Assembly: GCF_009914755.1 (NCBI RefSeq)
Contig: NC_060947.1
Strand: one strand, 5' to 3'
From: the human T2T-CHM13v2.0 reference genome, Homo sapiens
Length of the DNA stretch: 64,000 nt
Shown: piece by piece, positions 26,605-41,816 of the stretch
Layout: every line of letters starts with the position of its first letter
Position numbering within the stretch: position 1 is the first letter of the stretch
Notes under the pieces: model-generated
Seen by the model: the letters and a program-made list of their open reading frames with translations, nothing else
Databases searched by the model: none
What the model was told of the DNA's origin: nothing
Translations under genes and position numbers: made by a program

Positions 26605-29416
26605 CTATATCATAACGCAGCTCCCTTAGGTGACTAAAGACCTCTTGGCGAAATCTTGGTAAAGGTTTTTGTTGTTTGCTATTTTTTATTTAACCATCTA
26701 AATTCCCTTACTATATGTTGTTCATTCTTGTAGAATGGTTACTTTTTTGACAATTTTCTTTTCTCAGCTAATACAACACTATTCTTGCTTCTGTTGCTCT
26801 GACTCCTGTTTCTTCTCCCATCTGTTGACTCCAGATATCCCAAAATGTTTAGTTCTTGACTGTCCTCATACACATAATATGTATATACATTCCCTCAAGG
26901 GTTTCATCCATTCATCCATTCCTCTCCATTGAGGAATCCCAAATCAGCCTCTCCAGCCTCTTTCCTTCCATCTTATATTTCCAACTAATCAGAGTGAAGG
27001 CCAGTTTATTATAGATTCCTCCATCAAACATAGTCCGTCTTCATATATCTTCAAAAGAAATGAATCTCTTGCCTACAAACAAAATCTCCCTTCTTACATT
27101 CCATGTGTCTGGCAACAGCACCAACTTTTCGCCGTCTCCAAATCAAGACATTCAAACTACTTTTTGACATTGTATTCTTTCTCATTGACAGTATCCAAGA
27201 ACTATCCAAATCTCATTGTACTCCCCAATAGAAATCTTCTGCTTTCATTCTTAGTCAACAATTTTTTTAAAGAATCCACTAGGTGCCAGATGATTTGGTA
27301 GGTCTCTTAGGGGGAACCAAAATGAACAAAACTCTGTTTTAGCCCTCTAAGAAATTACTGTCTAACAAGGAATATGAAGCACGTTCATGCACAGCTATAA
27401 TGCAAGACCTTAATAGCACTGGCAGTGCTACCCTTGGCTTCAGTCATGCATCAGTTATGCCTTGCTCCTATTGAATTTTGCCCAAATTCATACCCATCTG
27501 TAGAGTTTATTTTAGACTTTCTGTTTTGCACATCTTAATTTATTTATTTATTTTTACTTTTCTACACATAGCCCTTCCAACTCCACGACTTATTTGTTTT
27601 TCCCTCTCTTCTGGACCTATATGTAGAAAGATACGACTGCACGATCCTCTTAATGCAATGGAGGTTGGGTGTTTGTTTGTTTGTTTCGAGTTTTTACCTT
27701 TGGCAACTAGCATTAACCAGAGGATAACCTGGGCAATGCACTTTCTACCCCGAAAGCTGATTTCAACTAACGGGAACTCCCTTTCTCTAACTCTCTTTGC
27801 TTTTGAAAATCTGAGATCATTTACTGCTTCGGGGGGTCTCTGTTTTTCTCACTGGTTGAGGTCTGTTTTTTGCAGTTAGGATAAGAATGACCTTCTAGAC
27901 CTTGTAAGGAACCTAAGTCACTTCTGAGTATCCTTCTCTTCTCACCTGGAACATTTTGGCCTGCTACAAGCTGTGACAAAGTAATCCTTAGGCCCAAATT
28001 AATAAAAAGGGCATGGCTGCACAATAAACAAATACTGGGTCCATAGCTTTGTAGCCCACTGCAAGAAGGAAAACTGCCAAAACCTTAGCACCCATGCCTA
28101 TTGATTTCCTACATTTTCAACATCCATATTCTACCTCACATATTTTAAATGAGCTCTGGGATCCCCTGAAATTCTTATGCTACTAACCATAAATATTTTA
28201 TACAGCATCCCATCCTCTGTGTCAACTGCTATGTCACACAACTGAGTGGAAAGGGGACAACAAATTGCTCATGCCTAATTTTGGAGCTTTAGCCGATTTC
28301 AGTTCTCAGGGAAAAGGCTGCCAAAGCAAAAACCTATTCTTAAAACCAGGTATATTTGATTGTATTTCTTCCACCATTAATCCATGAAAGCATCATTTTC
28401 ACATTCTGTTTTTAAAACAAGAAATCCATTTTATTTAACTCCTCTAAGATCTTATGAGAAACAAAGTGCTGAAACATGATTTTAGCTATTTGTAGGCTAA
28501 GCATATTTATAAATCATTTCTAAATAAAGAAGAAAAAAGAGAGGTAATAAGAGACACAGCCACATTCTTGGTTAAATCTTATTTTCTAACCCAAAAGATT
28601 ATCCAATTAACTAATGAAACAAAGGTGGTAAATTTAATTGTCTACCTTTAAAAGTACTCCTTCTGATCTTTGTGTATGTGTGTGTGTATGTATATATGTG
28701 CTACTGCCTGATCTGCAATTTTATGTTTTATATATTGAGAAATCTTGCTTTCCAATTCTCTGTTTAGAAAACAGAATTCAACATCCCTTCAAATATTCAT
28801 CCCTGTAACACTGAGGTGAGGTGGGGGGGGTGGGTGTGGATGGGTCACTGAGAATTATAAAGGTATAGTGACATCTACAGGCAGCAAGGATATTGTTAAA
28901 TAGGATATGGTTACTATCAGCTGAGGAATGGACTAACAGACCTTCCTGCTTTACGTTTAAATGTGTCTTTCTCACAGAAACCAACAGGAAAGGTTAGACC
29001 AATTAAGCTGGAACAAATGACACAAGAGATCTTGCTAAAATTAAAATCCATGTAATAAATGGGGCTTTGTTTCACCTCGTTGATCTTCATTTTTGAAATG
29101 GGAATAGCAGTTTGGCAGCTCATTTTGAAAATCAATGTAAGTCATACATATATACTTGATGAAAGCGGTCACTTCAAATTCATGGAAATCACAGAGAAAG
29201 AATATGCCAATTAGAAATTCAGAAAGTCATTTTTGGCTTTTAGTGATAAAATGGACTCAAAATAAAACCTTTCTGGAGGTCTGATTCAGTATTTACAACT
29301 CATGCTAACATGTCAGAAGTTATTCTTGCATTTTCTTAATAGTAGGAGTGAGAAGAACAGTAACAGCAATCAGGGGGTGGATAATAACACATAATGAGAT
29401 TAGGCTCATTGGTGTC

Positions 29417-29919
29417 TGTGATACTTAATTTTATGTGTCAGCTTGACTGGGGTCAGGGAAACCCACATAGCTGAGAAGACATTACTTCTGGGTGCATCTG
29501 TGAGGGTACTTCTAGAAGAGATTAGCATTTGAATTCCTAGATTAGGAAAAGAAGAACCACCCTTAGCAATGTGAGCAGGCACCATCCAATCTCTTGAAAG
29601 CCTGCATAGAACAAAAAAGGCAGAGGAAGGGCAATTTGTTTCTCTTCTGGAGTTGAGACATCCATCTTCTCCTGCCCTTGGACATTAAAGTTCCAGGTGC
29701 TAGAGCCTTCAGACTCGGATTTATACCAGCGGGCCCCACCCCGCACCCCTCCTGGAGCTGAATTACACCACCTGTTTTCCTGGTTCTCCAGCTTGCTGGG
29801 GGCATAACTTGAGACTTTTCAGCCTCCCTAATTTTGTGAGCCAATTCCCTTAACAAATCCTCTCTTTCTCTCTCTCTCTCTTATTGATTCTGTTTCTCTG
29901 GAGAACCTCAACTAATACG
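29417..29919 (+). mobile_element. MLT2 (ERVL) solo LTR
   Basis: tgtgatacttaattttatgtgtcagcttgactgggg...gagaacctcaactaatac; 5-bp TSD GTGTC. Confidence 0.9.
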
Positions 29920-30653
29920 GTGTCCTTTATTTTGCTATCGGGGTAAAAACAAAACAAATCAAGAAAGAAAAAGACAAAATTTAAACTCCTGGTAGGTGAG
30001 ATTATGCTTTATACTTCACTGTATTTCTCATGGTGGCTAGACATACTTAGTAAATAGTTGAATCAATTAGGAAAAAATAAATAGGCTGTAAACTTGATTT
30101 TAAAAACTTTTTATTCTAATGTCTATTGATACAGTAGAAAAGAATAGGAAGTTTAAGCACAATTGAGATTTAGCAGTCAAGCTGCTAAGACACCTTTATT
30201 ACTACTGCCAAGTGCTATAAGATCTGCTTAAAGGTGGAAAAATCCAACTGCTTAATTAGTTCTTATTATTCCTTCCTTTGTTCTTTTTCTCCCACACCTT
30301 TCTCCCTCCAATATTTATTTAACATGCAAAAAATGTGTGAGTTTCCAGGGGGAACTGCTGCGATTACCTGACTAGAGGAATTTTACCCATAGCCCAATCA
30401 AGGTGGCTGGCTGCTAGATGAGCGCACCTCAACAGCAAGAGGCTATAGGATGTTCTGCTACATGGGTGCCTCTTCTAGTAGGGAAAAGCATAGTAGAAAG
30501 GTTTCTTAAAGACTCCCAAAGGACCTACATGTGTGTCTAATGAGTAGATCAGTGTGGCCACTGTCACACCCAGGGCATCTTCAGCCTGTCAGTATTAGTC
30601 AGAGCAACAGGAACATATCAGATAGAGGGTGAGGCTTTAAAGAGAGAGGGGGA

Positions 30654-30973
<320 letters not shown>

Positions 30974-32519
30974 TCAGAGTCAGACCCCACCTCATATCCC
31001 CCAGCTCCAACATAACAACAGTCAGGGCTACCTCTCAAGCATGACTTGAGGATAAGAAAAGAGATGAGATTAAAAACAACTTTGAAATTAAGGCTTTAAT
31101 TTGAACTAAACTTTAATAGCCAAAAGTGGCCACAAAGCTATGAAATCTTCACCGGATCATATTGCTGGACTGGAAAAGGAAGATCTAACAGTCTGAGAGA
31201 AGACAGTAATTGGAAGCACTGCAGCCATTTTATCTTTGATCCCACCGAGCTGAAACTTCTCAACAAATATAAATTTGAGGTGAACACATTCAGTCTATAG
31301 CAAGGATCTCTTGCCACGTTGTAAAAACTGTTTACACAATGGGGTAGAGAAGATGAGGCTAAAAAATGGTTTTCCATTCCATGCCAGAATGAGAGAATTA
31401 TAATTTCAAATGTAAACAATTTTCATACTTCCATTGAATCTTGGTTGTCTGGTCATGATTAAGACTAAAGGAACTAAAAAACTGATTGGAAAGTCAGAGG
31501 CTCCACCCTTTGTCCCAATGCCAGAGACAGTTGATGCTGTTAATTCCTGAGTTTTTTGAGGATTTTCAAGGTAATTCAGCATGGCTTGAAAGTAAAAATA
31601 TATTCTTCAAAAAACTGTGCAACTGGCTGACAGCCTAGAGCTCAACAGTATCAGACTTAAAGTTAATCAACAGCACATTAGAGAATATAGAAAGTAGTAA
31701 ATATAATGCAAAGTTAAGCCTAAATAGAAAGAACGGCTGCATCTGAAAACCTCTTGCAAAAAAAAAATGGAATGAAAGGAAAAATAGATAAGTCCACTAT
31801 TATAACTGGAAATTTTAACAGCCCTCTATCGGTAATTAGGAGATCCAGTAGGCAGGAAATTAGTAAGGCTGTGATTGAACTCAATCAATCAATCCATTGG
31901 CTCTAATTGACATCTACAGAATAATCGATCCAACAACAGCAGAATACATATTCTCAAGCTCAAATGCAACACTCACCAATATAGACCATATTCTGGGCCA
32001 CAAAATAACCCTTAACAAATTTAAACAAATCAACATCATAAAAAGTATGTTGTCACACCACAGTGCTGTTATACTACAATTAAAATAGAAATCACTAACA
32101 GAAAAATAACTGGGAAAATCCTAAAATATTTAGAGATGAAACAACATACTTCTAAATAACACATGGGTCAAATGAAACATCTCAAGAGACATTTTAAAAA
32201 ATTATTTTAATTAAATGGAAACAAAAGTAAAACCTATCAAAATTAGTGGAATACAACAGAAGCAGTGCTTAGAGGGAAATGTATAGCACTGAATGCATAC
32301 ATTAGAAAAGAGTAATAATCTAAAATCAAAAATCTAAGCTTCTACCTTAGGGAACTAGAAAAAGAAGAGCAAATTAAATCCAAAGTAAGAATAAGAAAAT
32401 AAACAAATAATAAAACTCAGAGCAGAAATTATTAAAATTAAAACAGGAAAACAATAGAGAGAACCAATGAAACCAAAAGCTTTTACTTTGAAACTGACAA
32501 ACCTCTAGCCAGGCTAACC

Positions 32520-32522
<3 letters not shown>

Positions 32523-32568
<46 letters not shown>
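32523..32568 (+). repeat. (AC)23 microsatellite
   Basis: Perfect dinucleotide run. Confidence 0.95.
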
Positions 32569-32570
<2 letters not shown>

Positions 32571-33027
32571 CAGAGAAGACACAAAGTCCTAATATCCTAA
32601 TATCAGAAATGAAAGAAGGATCACTACTGTTCACATGGACATGAAAAGGATAATAAAAGAATATTTTGAACAATTTTATGCCCACAAAATATGAATAAGC
32701 CTATTATCTACCAAAGAGAGTAAATCAATTAATAAACTTCCAAACATAAAGCACCAGTCTGCAGATGGCTTCACTAGTGACTTTGACCAAACATCCAAGG
32801 AACAGATGATAGTAGTTTTCTACAATCTCTTCCAAAAAATAGAAGCAGAGTGAATACCTCCTAACTCCTAACTCATTCTATAAGCTAGCATTACCCTAAA
32901 ACAAAAGCAGGCAGACATTGCAAGAAAGAAAAACTGACCAGTATGTCTCATGAATGTAGGTGCAAAAATCCTCAGCGAAATATTAGCAAATCAAATCCAA
33001 CAATACATTTAAAAAATTACACAACTT

Positions 33028-33380
<353 letters not shown>

Positions 33381-33848
33381 CTAGTTGATAATCAATTAAT
33401 GCAATTCATTATACCAACAGTATAAAGACAAAAATATCATTCGAACATATCAATAGATGCAGAAAAAGCAGCTGACAAAATCCAACACCCATTCATGATA
33501 AAAATGCTCAGTAAATTAGAAATAGAGGGGAGGGATGAATAGGCAGAGGGGACACTTTTTGGGCAGTGAAACTATTCTGTATGATACTGTGGTTGTGGAT
33601 ACATGTCATTATGCCTTTGGTAAAACCGATAGAACTGTATAACACAAAGATGTTTTCTTATGTAAACTATGAACTTTAATTAAATGTAATATATCAATAT
33701 TAGTTCATCAATTGTAATAAACATAGCACATCCATGCAAGATGTTAATAATAGGGGAAACTGTTGGGAATTCCTTATATAGGAACTCTTTGTACTTTCTG
33801 CTCAATTTCTCTGTAAATCTAAAAGCTCTCTAAGAAATAAAGTATACT

Positions 33849-34160
<312 letters not shown>

Positions 34161-34509
34161 GTATATTAATTAAAAATAAATAAATATAAAGGTAATAGTT
34201 CCCATATAAGGAAAAAAAACCACATGTCTAAAGTAGTCTCCAGGACTGCAAGCCATGCATAATTAAGGATTTGGTAGCAGAATCATCTTCATTGTAACCA
34301 GCAAAGAGGATTGACCTTTGACTTTGTGGCATCTTTCAGAATCTGCCAAGGTGTTTCTGATCTGTCTCCCTTTGTTGTCCTATCCTCTAGGAAAGGCCTT
34401 CTTGCCTTTTTTTCCAAGACCAAGTGACACCTCCTCATTGAAAATTTTCCTAATCACCCCAGACAGTCTGAGATATCTCCCTGCACCCACTTGTTCTTAT
34501 ACTTATTTG

Positions 34510-35278
34510 TGAGGACTAGGCTCTGATTTTTTTTTATCTTGCCCAAATTCCTATCTAAGGGGTCTGGGGAGTCATGCCCTACAAACCATAAATTCTCATC
34601 AGATGGGTTTTATTTAACCCTGTATATCATGACTTACTTTCCAATCTGACTCTGGCATAACAAGGAAGAAAATCACAACATTTTACCCGAAAACATGTTT
34701 TTCTGTCATATCTTGAAATGGCGCTGCAAAGCCTTCCCTTGTGGGAAAAATCCACATTCCACAGAGAATCCCCTTTCCCCTTTGTTTTCCTTCCTTCCTT
34801 TCCAGATCCAGGAGATAATCAACTAAGAGCCAGGCACCCTTTTAGGTCCTATAAGAAACATTTTACAACCTTTTCTCTCTGAAGTCTGCTATTTGAGAGC
34901 TTCCTCTGCACAATAAAACTTGGTCTCTGCAATCTTTTATCTTAACCTGAACATTTCCTTTCTATTGATCCCAGGCCTTCAGATAAACTCAACCAACTGT
35001 CAACCAGAAAATGTTTAAATTTACCTATAGCCTGGAAGCATCCCCACCCGCTCTTTGAGTTGTCCCGCCTTTCTGAACCAAACCAATGTATTTCTTAAAT
35101 GTATTTGATTGATGTCTCATGCCTCCCTAAAATAAATAAAACCAAGCCATACCCCAACCACCTTGGACACATGTTCTCAGGACCTCCTGAGGGCTGTGTC
35201 ACGGGCCATGGTCACTCATATTTGGCTCAGAATAAATCTCTTAAGATATTTTACAGAGTTTGACTCTTTTCATCAACA
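34510..35278 (+). mobile_element. MER4E-like ERV1 solo LTR
   Basis: tgaggactaggctctgatttttttttatcttgcccaaattcctatctaaggggtctgggg...agagtttgactcttttcatcaaca; imperfect TSD tttg/ttta. Confidence 0.85.
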
Positions 35279-35940
35279 TTTACAATAAAGAATTTATTAC
35301 TTTGTACCATTATTATCTATGTCTTATTTTCCCAGCAGCATATAAACTTATTGGTAATAGGACTCGGATATTTTTATAATATGTTCATTGCTTTACTAAC
35401 ATATAGTGTTAATTTAATAAATGTTTAGATGAATGTTGAATGAAGATGAACAAAAACAAAACCCTTTACATGTGCTCCATATTCTGAGGCACCTTTTTCT
35501 AGGAGTGATAGTCCATATATTTATCAGTCAGTGTGGCAGTATGGCCTAGGTACTGATAAGTCAGAACTTTTCTGTACCTTAGTATTCTCATTTATAAAAT
35601 GGAGAGTTACATCATAGTTTATTGAAAACATTGGTATAGTTAACATTAATAAATTGCCCATATATTCAAAGCATTTAATTAAGACTTTTTATTAAAATAC
35701 ACTATGCAGTCATTGTGATATGTACATACTAAATAGCTTATTAGCCAGACAGTCAGCTCCTTAAAGGGCAAGATAATTATGCTTTTTGTACACTAGTATA
35801 TCTATAACATAAATAGTCTGGCTCGTCAGAAGGAATCCAATATGTACTTATTAAAAGAATGGTAAATAATTGGAGGAAAGAAGGGAGGAAGGAAAGAAGG
35901 AAGGGAGGCAAGAAGGGAGGGAGGAATGATTTGTATAGAT

Positions 35941-36490
<550 letters not shown>

Positions 36491-37204
36491 GGTACACCTG
36501 TGTATACTTTTCTTAAGAAAATTTAATGTTTTTAAAAATCCATTGAGTAAGTCATTATTGAGGGTCTTCCACACTTAAAATACTATTTTGAATGCTCTGG
36601 ATATTAGGGAACTAAAAGTCTGTGCTCCTTCTCTTGGAAATTTATTCAAAAAGAGATGAAAAATATGTATTGAATGATTAAGTAACAACTTAAAATGTAA
36701 CTTTTACACATAACCTGCATGCACTGCTTTAAACTGCAATTAAAGCTATAAAGAAACTTATTTATAAGTATAAAAGTGGAAAGAGTTTAATAAATATAGG
36801 GAGATGTCTTAGAAAATGAATGAATAAAGAATGTTATATGTGACCCAAAACCTGTTTTTATTCTGACCTACCAAAAAATTCTAAATATTAACAATGCCTT
36901 AGCAGGTTTCAACTAACATTTTAAGCCAGTCTTAATTTTATTCACCCTGACACTATTTGGACAGTTTGAGATACGAATTTTAATAGATGTCCATAGCCAG
37001 CTAAAAATGGTCATTACTGAAGAAAAGCTCTGCAGTTGAAAATGATCACTAAAAATTTTAATAACAGTGTCAGGATATCTATGGACTTCTTATTAACATG
37101 TTTGAATTTAATCAGAAAACACTTTTTTATATTCTAGGGGAACCTCAGTTTCCAAGTGTTTAACACTTGTTAATGAAGTGCTAACAAGACATCAGTGTGA
37201 GTAA

Positions 37205-37372
37205 CAGTTTGGCTCCAAATTTGGCTTCTTATCAGAATCACCTGAGGCTTCTTTCTAAAAATCTAGATTTTAAGGCTTCTCTTGATTCAGGGGTTGAAAT
37301 GGGCCTGGAAATCCGTATTCTTAATAAACTTCTGAAGTAATTTTTATTACCAGAGTGGGTAGAACCTGCTGC
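37205..37372. mobile_element. MER5-like MITE
   Basis: atcagaatcacctgagg...gggcctggaaatccgtattcttaataaac...agaacctgctg. Confidence 0.55.
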
Positions 37373-40300
37373 TTTTTAAGAACTCACAAGTCCTGTTATC
37401 TATTGCTGAGAGACAGAAAAGAATCCACCACTTCTCCAGCTCCCCACCGTTTTGTCCAATTCCAATTCTCCCATTTCCCACCCCATTCCCTCCAACACAC
37501 ATACAAGTAGATATTTTCCCTCCACCATTTGTGTGACTCTTTCTGGAGCATAATCCGTACTCCCAACATGGGAATGGACCCTGAATTTAACAAAGATCTT
37601 TGTATTACACTATAAAACAGAACTCCTTTCATTTCAATACCTATTTATTAATTTATATTTTAATCTTTTATGCATTTTGTCAATCATCTGATATTATTCT
37701 GGATTTTGGATACTCAGTGGTTCTTATCATTAAAGAAACAGTGTTTTTTTACTCCTAGTTTGGACTACATTTTGTTTTTCAGATAGCTAACATCAATCAG
37801 GAACTTAAAGCCAGAGAAGCCTTAGACTTCAGTAAACATTTGATATAATCCACAGTTTAAGCATCCATCTCTGTAGATCACAAAACTAGATTTAGGCCTT
37901 TAGCTTTCAGTCAGAAATGTCACATCAAATCCAACATATTAAGTAAATATATAACATATATAGGCCACCTGGCCATTGTGTGCTTAATAGATATTAAAGT
38001 TTGGAGACAAATTTCATCCTACATTAGATGATCTCAGTCAACCACTGACAAAGACTGAAGTTCAAATTCTGATGGTGGATTTTTTGTTTCCTTTATTCTT
38101 GGTCTTTGAATATTTCATGTAATTTTTTGGCTATTTTCTCCCTAGGGTTTTTTCTTAAAAGAAAAATCATTGTCAACAGCTTAAGCAAAGCCCTACTGTA
38201 ATCAAAGCAGTGTATATTCATTGGATGAAGAAAAGCAGGAAGGAATAATTTTAAAAGCAGCATTCTTTTCTTGGGGCTGAATTTCTTTACCCACCGGCAA
38301 ACTGAAAAGAAATAACTAGGAGGTAGGATTCTGTCATTGTTCACTAGATGATTTGAGTACACCAAGCTGAGGTTTTTTTTATTTTTCAGTCTTCCAAAAT
38401 TGCCTAATAACAAACAAAAAAAATAACAAATCAACAAAAATTAAAAAAAAAACAATTTTATAGCAACGGATGTCTCTGAATGGTGGGGATTATATTGTTA
38501 TTTTTGTTGATTTTGTTTGTGCTTTTCTTAATTTCCCACCTCTCTTCAATGATCATTTTAAACAACGAACATTAACATTTTTGAAGAGGCTTTTATTATG
38601 AAATAGAAATACCAGTTGGAAGAAATATAAGAATGATTCTGTAAAGCAAAACTGTCACTTTGAAAAACGAAAATCTGCTTAAACATTGAGTGAGATGTTT
38701 TTATTACATTCTGGGTTTCTTGCTCTATAATGAAAGAATGGTATGTGGTTGCATACAATCATAAAACTCAAATTTTCTGTCACTATCACTGGCTACTATC
38801 TGTTTTCAACTGAAAACACTTCTAGCAATGTCTCAAAGCCCTGCTCCAATTCTCTGATGAATAATTTTATAACATTTTAAAACTGTACACACATCCAAAT
38901 ATCATAGAGGGAAATATTAAAATATTAAAAGCCCATTGAAGAGGCATTGCCAAAATATACGCCAGAGGCATGGGTTTCAGAAATTGTTATATTTAATATG
39001 TTTATTAATTAGGTAGAACATGACTAAAACAATGTATTAATGACATTCATGAGTTTTGTTCCACTGGGAGATGTAGACACTAATGAATACTAAAATTACC
39101 CAGGAGACGCAATAAATATAGCTTTAAATATATTACTCATATGCTGTTGTTTTAAATGTCAGCCATCTTGAGTCATCACCTCATTTTCCTTGTATTTGAT
39201 AATGCTTTAAAATACAGCATTTAAGAAAGTAACTTGACCAGATAAACACACTTCTAATTAAGTTCAAACCACAAGATAAAGGCTTGGTTTGTGTCATAGT
39301 TTTGCCTTGTAAATAGCTTTCATTTTCAAATTTATTTGAACTATGAAGAGAGAAACGGATGTATTTTGAACTGTATCCCTCTGGGCTTCTACAGGCATCT
39401 TTGGGTCATTGCTGGGAGTCCCTGTCTCCATTCCCTATCTTTGTCTGTCCCAGATGGATCTACTATGTGTGACCTCTGCAGAAACATGGCCTGCTCCAGT
39501 TTCTGAACTAACTATTAGAAGAATAGCAGAAAGAATCTCAATCACTTCATTCCCAATATCCAGAGGTCCCAGAACTAGGTATTTTGAAACACGCAGTATC
39601 CTGTAACACTTGGATGAAATGCAGGCACTTGAGTAGCCTCCTCATTAACACAGTTCCTTGCCACTTCCACTATGGAAAGCCAGTTCATAAGATATAGTTT
39701 TTCCTGCGTGGTTTTCAAAGATTCTCATTCTCCTCTAGGGCTGAAAACCTGGCCATACACATACTCTTTTTTATTGGATCCCCCATAGTTTGGCTAGCAC
39801 TAGCCTATTTACCCCCTTGGAGGTTTGGGGGCTGAGAAAATACAAATCTAATTTCCTTTCAGTAGCCCAAATACAGTATCATTTTTGGGGGAAATCTAGG
39901 GTGACATATATTTAACATAACCTTTTGACTGTGTCTCTCAATGATCAGGCACTTCACGCAAGGTTTGAATGTGGTTGAACCCTGTTGACTCTAAATTGGA
40001 TTTTTGGAAAAACACCTAAAGAGCTGATATTTCATGTCACTTATTAAGGAGATGCTGTTGCACTTTGGATATCATCTTTACAGGCACTAAAGCAGGCATT
40101 TTGTTTTGAAAATGCCCCTGGTCTTCATTCTGGTTTCCTCCAAGGGCCACCACACTTTCACTGAAAACATTCAGAAAAACATAAGCTGAGGATCTTCCAG
40201 GACCATCCACAAAGTGTTCTGTTTTGACGTCTTAAGATCTAATGTGAAAAAAAAAGGTGGGCGGGGCGGGGGGGTGTGGCATGCTTTCCTTGGTTAAATA

Positions 40301-40762
40301 GGTTTAGGAAACTCATCATCCTATATCATCCCTTTTGGAGTTTTCCAGTGCATATTGGCATATTGAGGGTCCTGGGAAGTCTTGCAGTCAAAACAAAATC
40401 AGAAACTAAAACCTATTCAACTTTGTTTAAGGCAGCTTACTCTAAAATGATTTCACATTTTTATTAGTGCCTAATATTATTCCACAGGTCCTATTTTTGG
40501 AAATGCTGATGTAAACATCATTCTAGCACTGATTGGGAGGTATATTTGATTCCCAGGAACAATGTCTTAGCCAGAGATATTCATTGCCATCACTCCTTCC
40601 CCCATTCCCTGGCAGGTCTTCAAGCTTGCTTGTCTCAGAGTACCATGATTTCTTGATGTGTTTGAGCCTTCTATATTAACTGGGAGTAATATAACTCCGG
40701 AAGAGAGAGACCTCAGTGTCCTGCTCTGCCCCTGCTATGACAATTGGAAGGCCCAAGCAGGG

Positions 40763-41059
40763 TTTTTTTTTTGTTTGTTTTTGAGACTTAGTTTTGCTCT
40801 CATTGCTGGAGTGCAATGGTGCAACCTCGGCTCACTGCAACCTCTGCCTCCTGGGTTCAAGCAATCCTCCTGCCTCAGCCTCCTGAGTAGCTGGGATTAC
40901 AGGTGCCTGCTACCATGCCTGGCTAATTTGCTGTATTTTTAGTAGAGATGGGGTTTCACCATGTTGGCCAGGCTGGTCTCAAACTCCCGACCTCAGGTGA
41001 TCCACCTGCCTTGGCCTCCCAAAGTGCTGGGATTACAGGCGTAGCCACTGTGCCTGGCC
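40763..41059 (-). mobile_element. AluS (Sq-like), antisense
   Basis: Two-arm Alu; TSD caagcag(g/a)gttt. Confidence 0.95.
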
Positions 41060-41816
41060 CAAGCAGAGTTTCAAGCTAAGATTTCTCAGGTAGGTTTGCC
41101 AGGCACCCTGTATACAGAAAACAGGCCCTGAATTTCTTTGCCCTGTATTATTTTCTCCTCAGGGTATTCAAGGAAGTAAGGTCCTCTGTCTGAAGGACCC
41201 GAGTTCAGCAAAAGGATACATTCCAGACTCTGTCAGGAGTAAGACTCATAATGAGGGGCAAGGGGACCACCCACCCCACAACAGAGGATGCCCTAAAGAG
41301 TCATGACCCTGCTATAAACTCTGGGGGGACCCAGATGGGAGTGGTCATATGAGATACCCTCTCACTTCCTCCTAGGGGGCCCCAGAGAAGTGATGGCCTG
41401 GGTCTGAGGTGAGATAACCTCAAGTCAGTAGAGGGAGTATCCTGAGACCTACCCAGAGGCACAGTGAGGACCCTAAGTGGGGACTGAAGGGGTCACCCAT
41501 CATAATACAGAGGCATCCTCATAGAGTCCACATCTGCCTGTCCTACTGTGAGCCCTGGGTAGGCTGCTGGCTGGCTGTACTGTAAAGAGCCTTCTCAGTT
41601 CCTTCTTCAAGTGCTTACAAGACAGGACAGGAGACATGTGAGGCCCGAGGGCACTGCCCTTAGGAAAAGCCTAGTGTAAGTGGCCTTTGTCAGAGCTAAC
41701 AATGTTGAGTTTACCAGCTGAAGACACCCACATCTTCCTTCTCTTCCTTAGGTTGTGGTCCCCCATTGGCATACTTCCTACCAACATGCCTGCCTAACAT
41801 ACCACCAAGAAATAGC

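Noticed and set aside
31897-32088. Endonuclease-like ORF
   Set aside because: Fragment of a dead L1 ORF2 surrounded by stops and frameshifts
40256-40280. GC-box/G-run GGGCGGGGCGGGGGGG
   Set aside because: Isolated low-complexity run next to poly(A), with no CpG island or other promoter evidence
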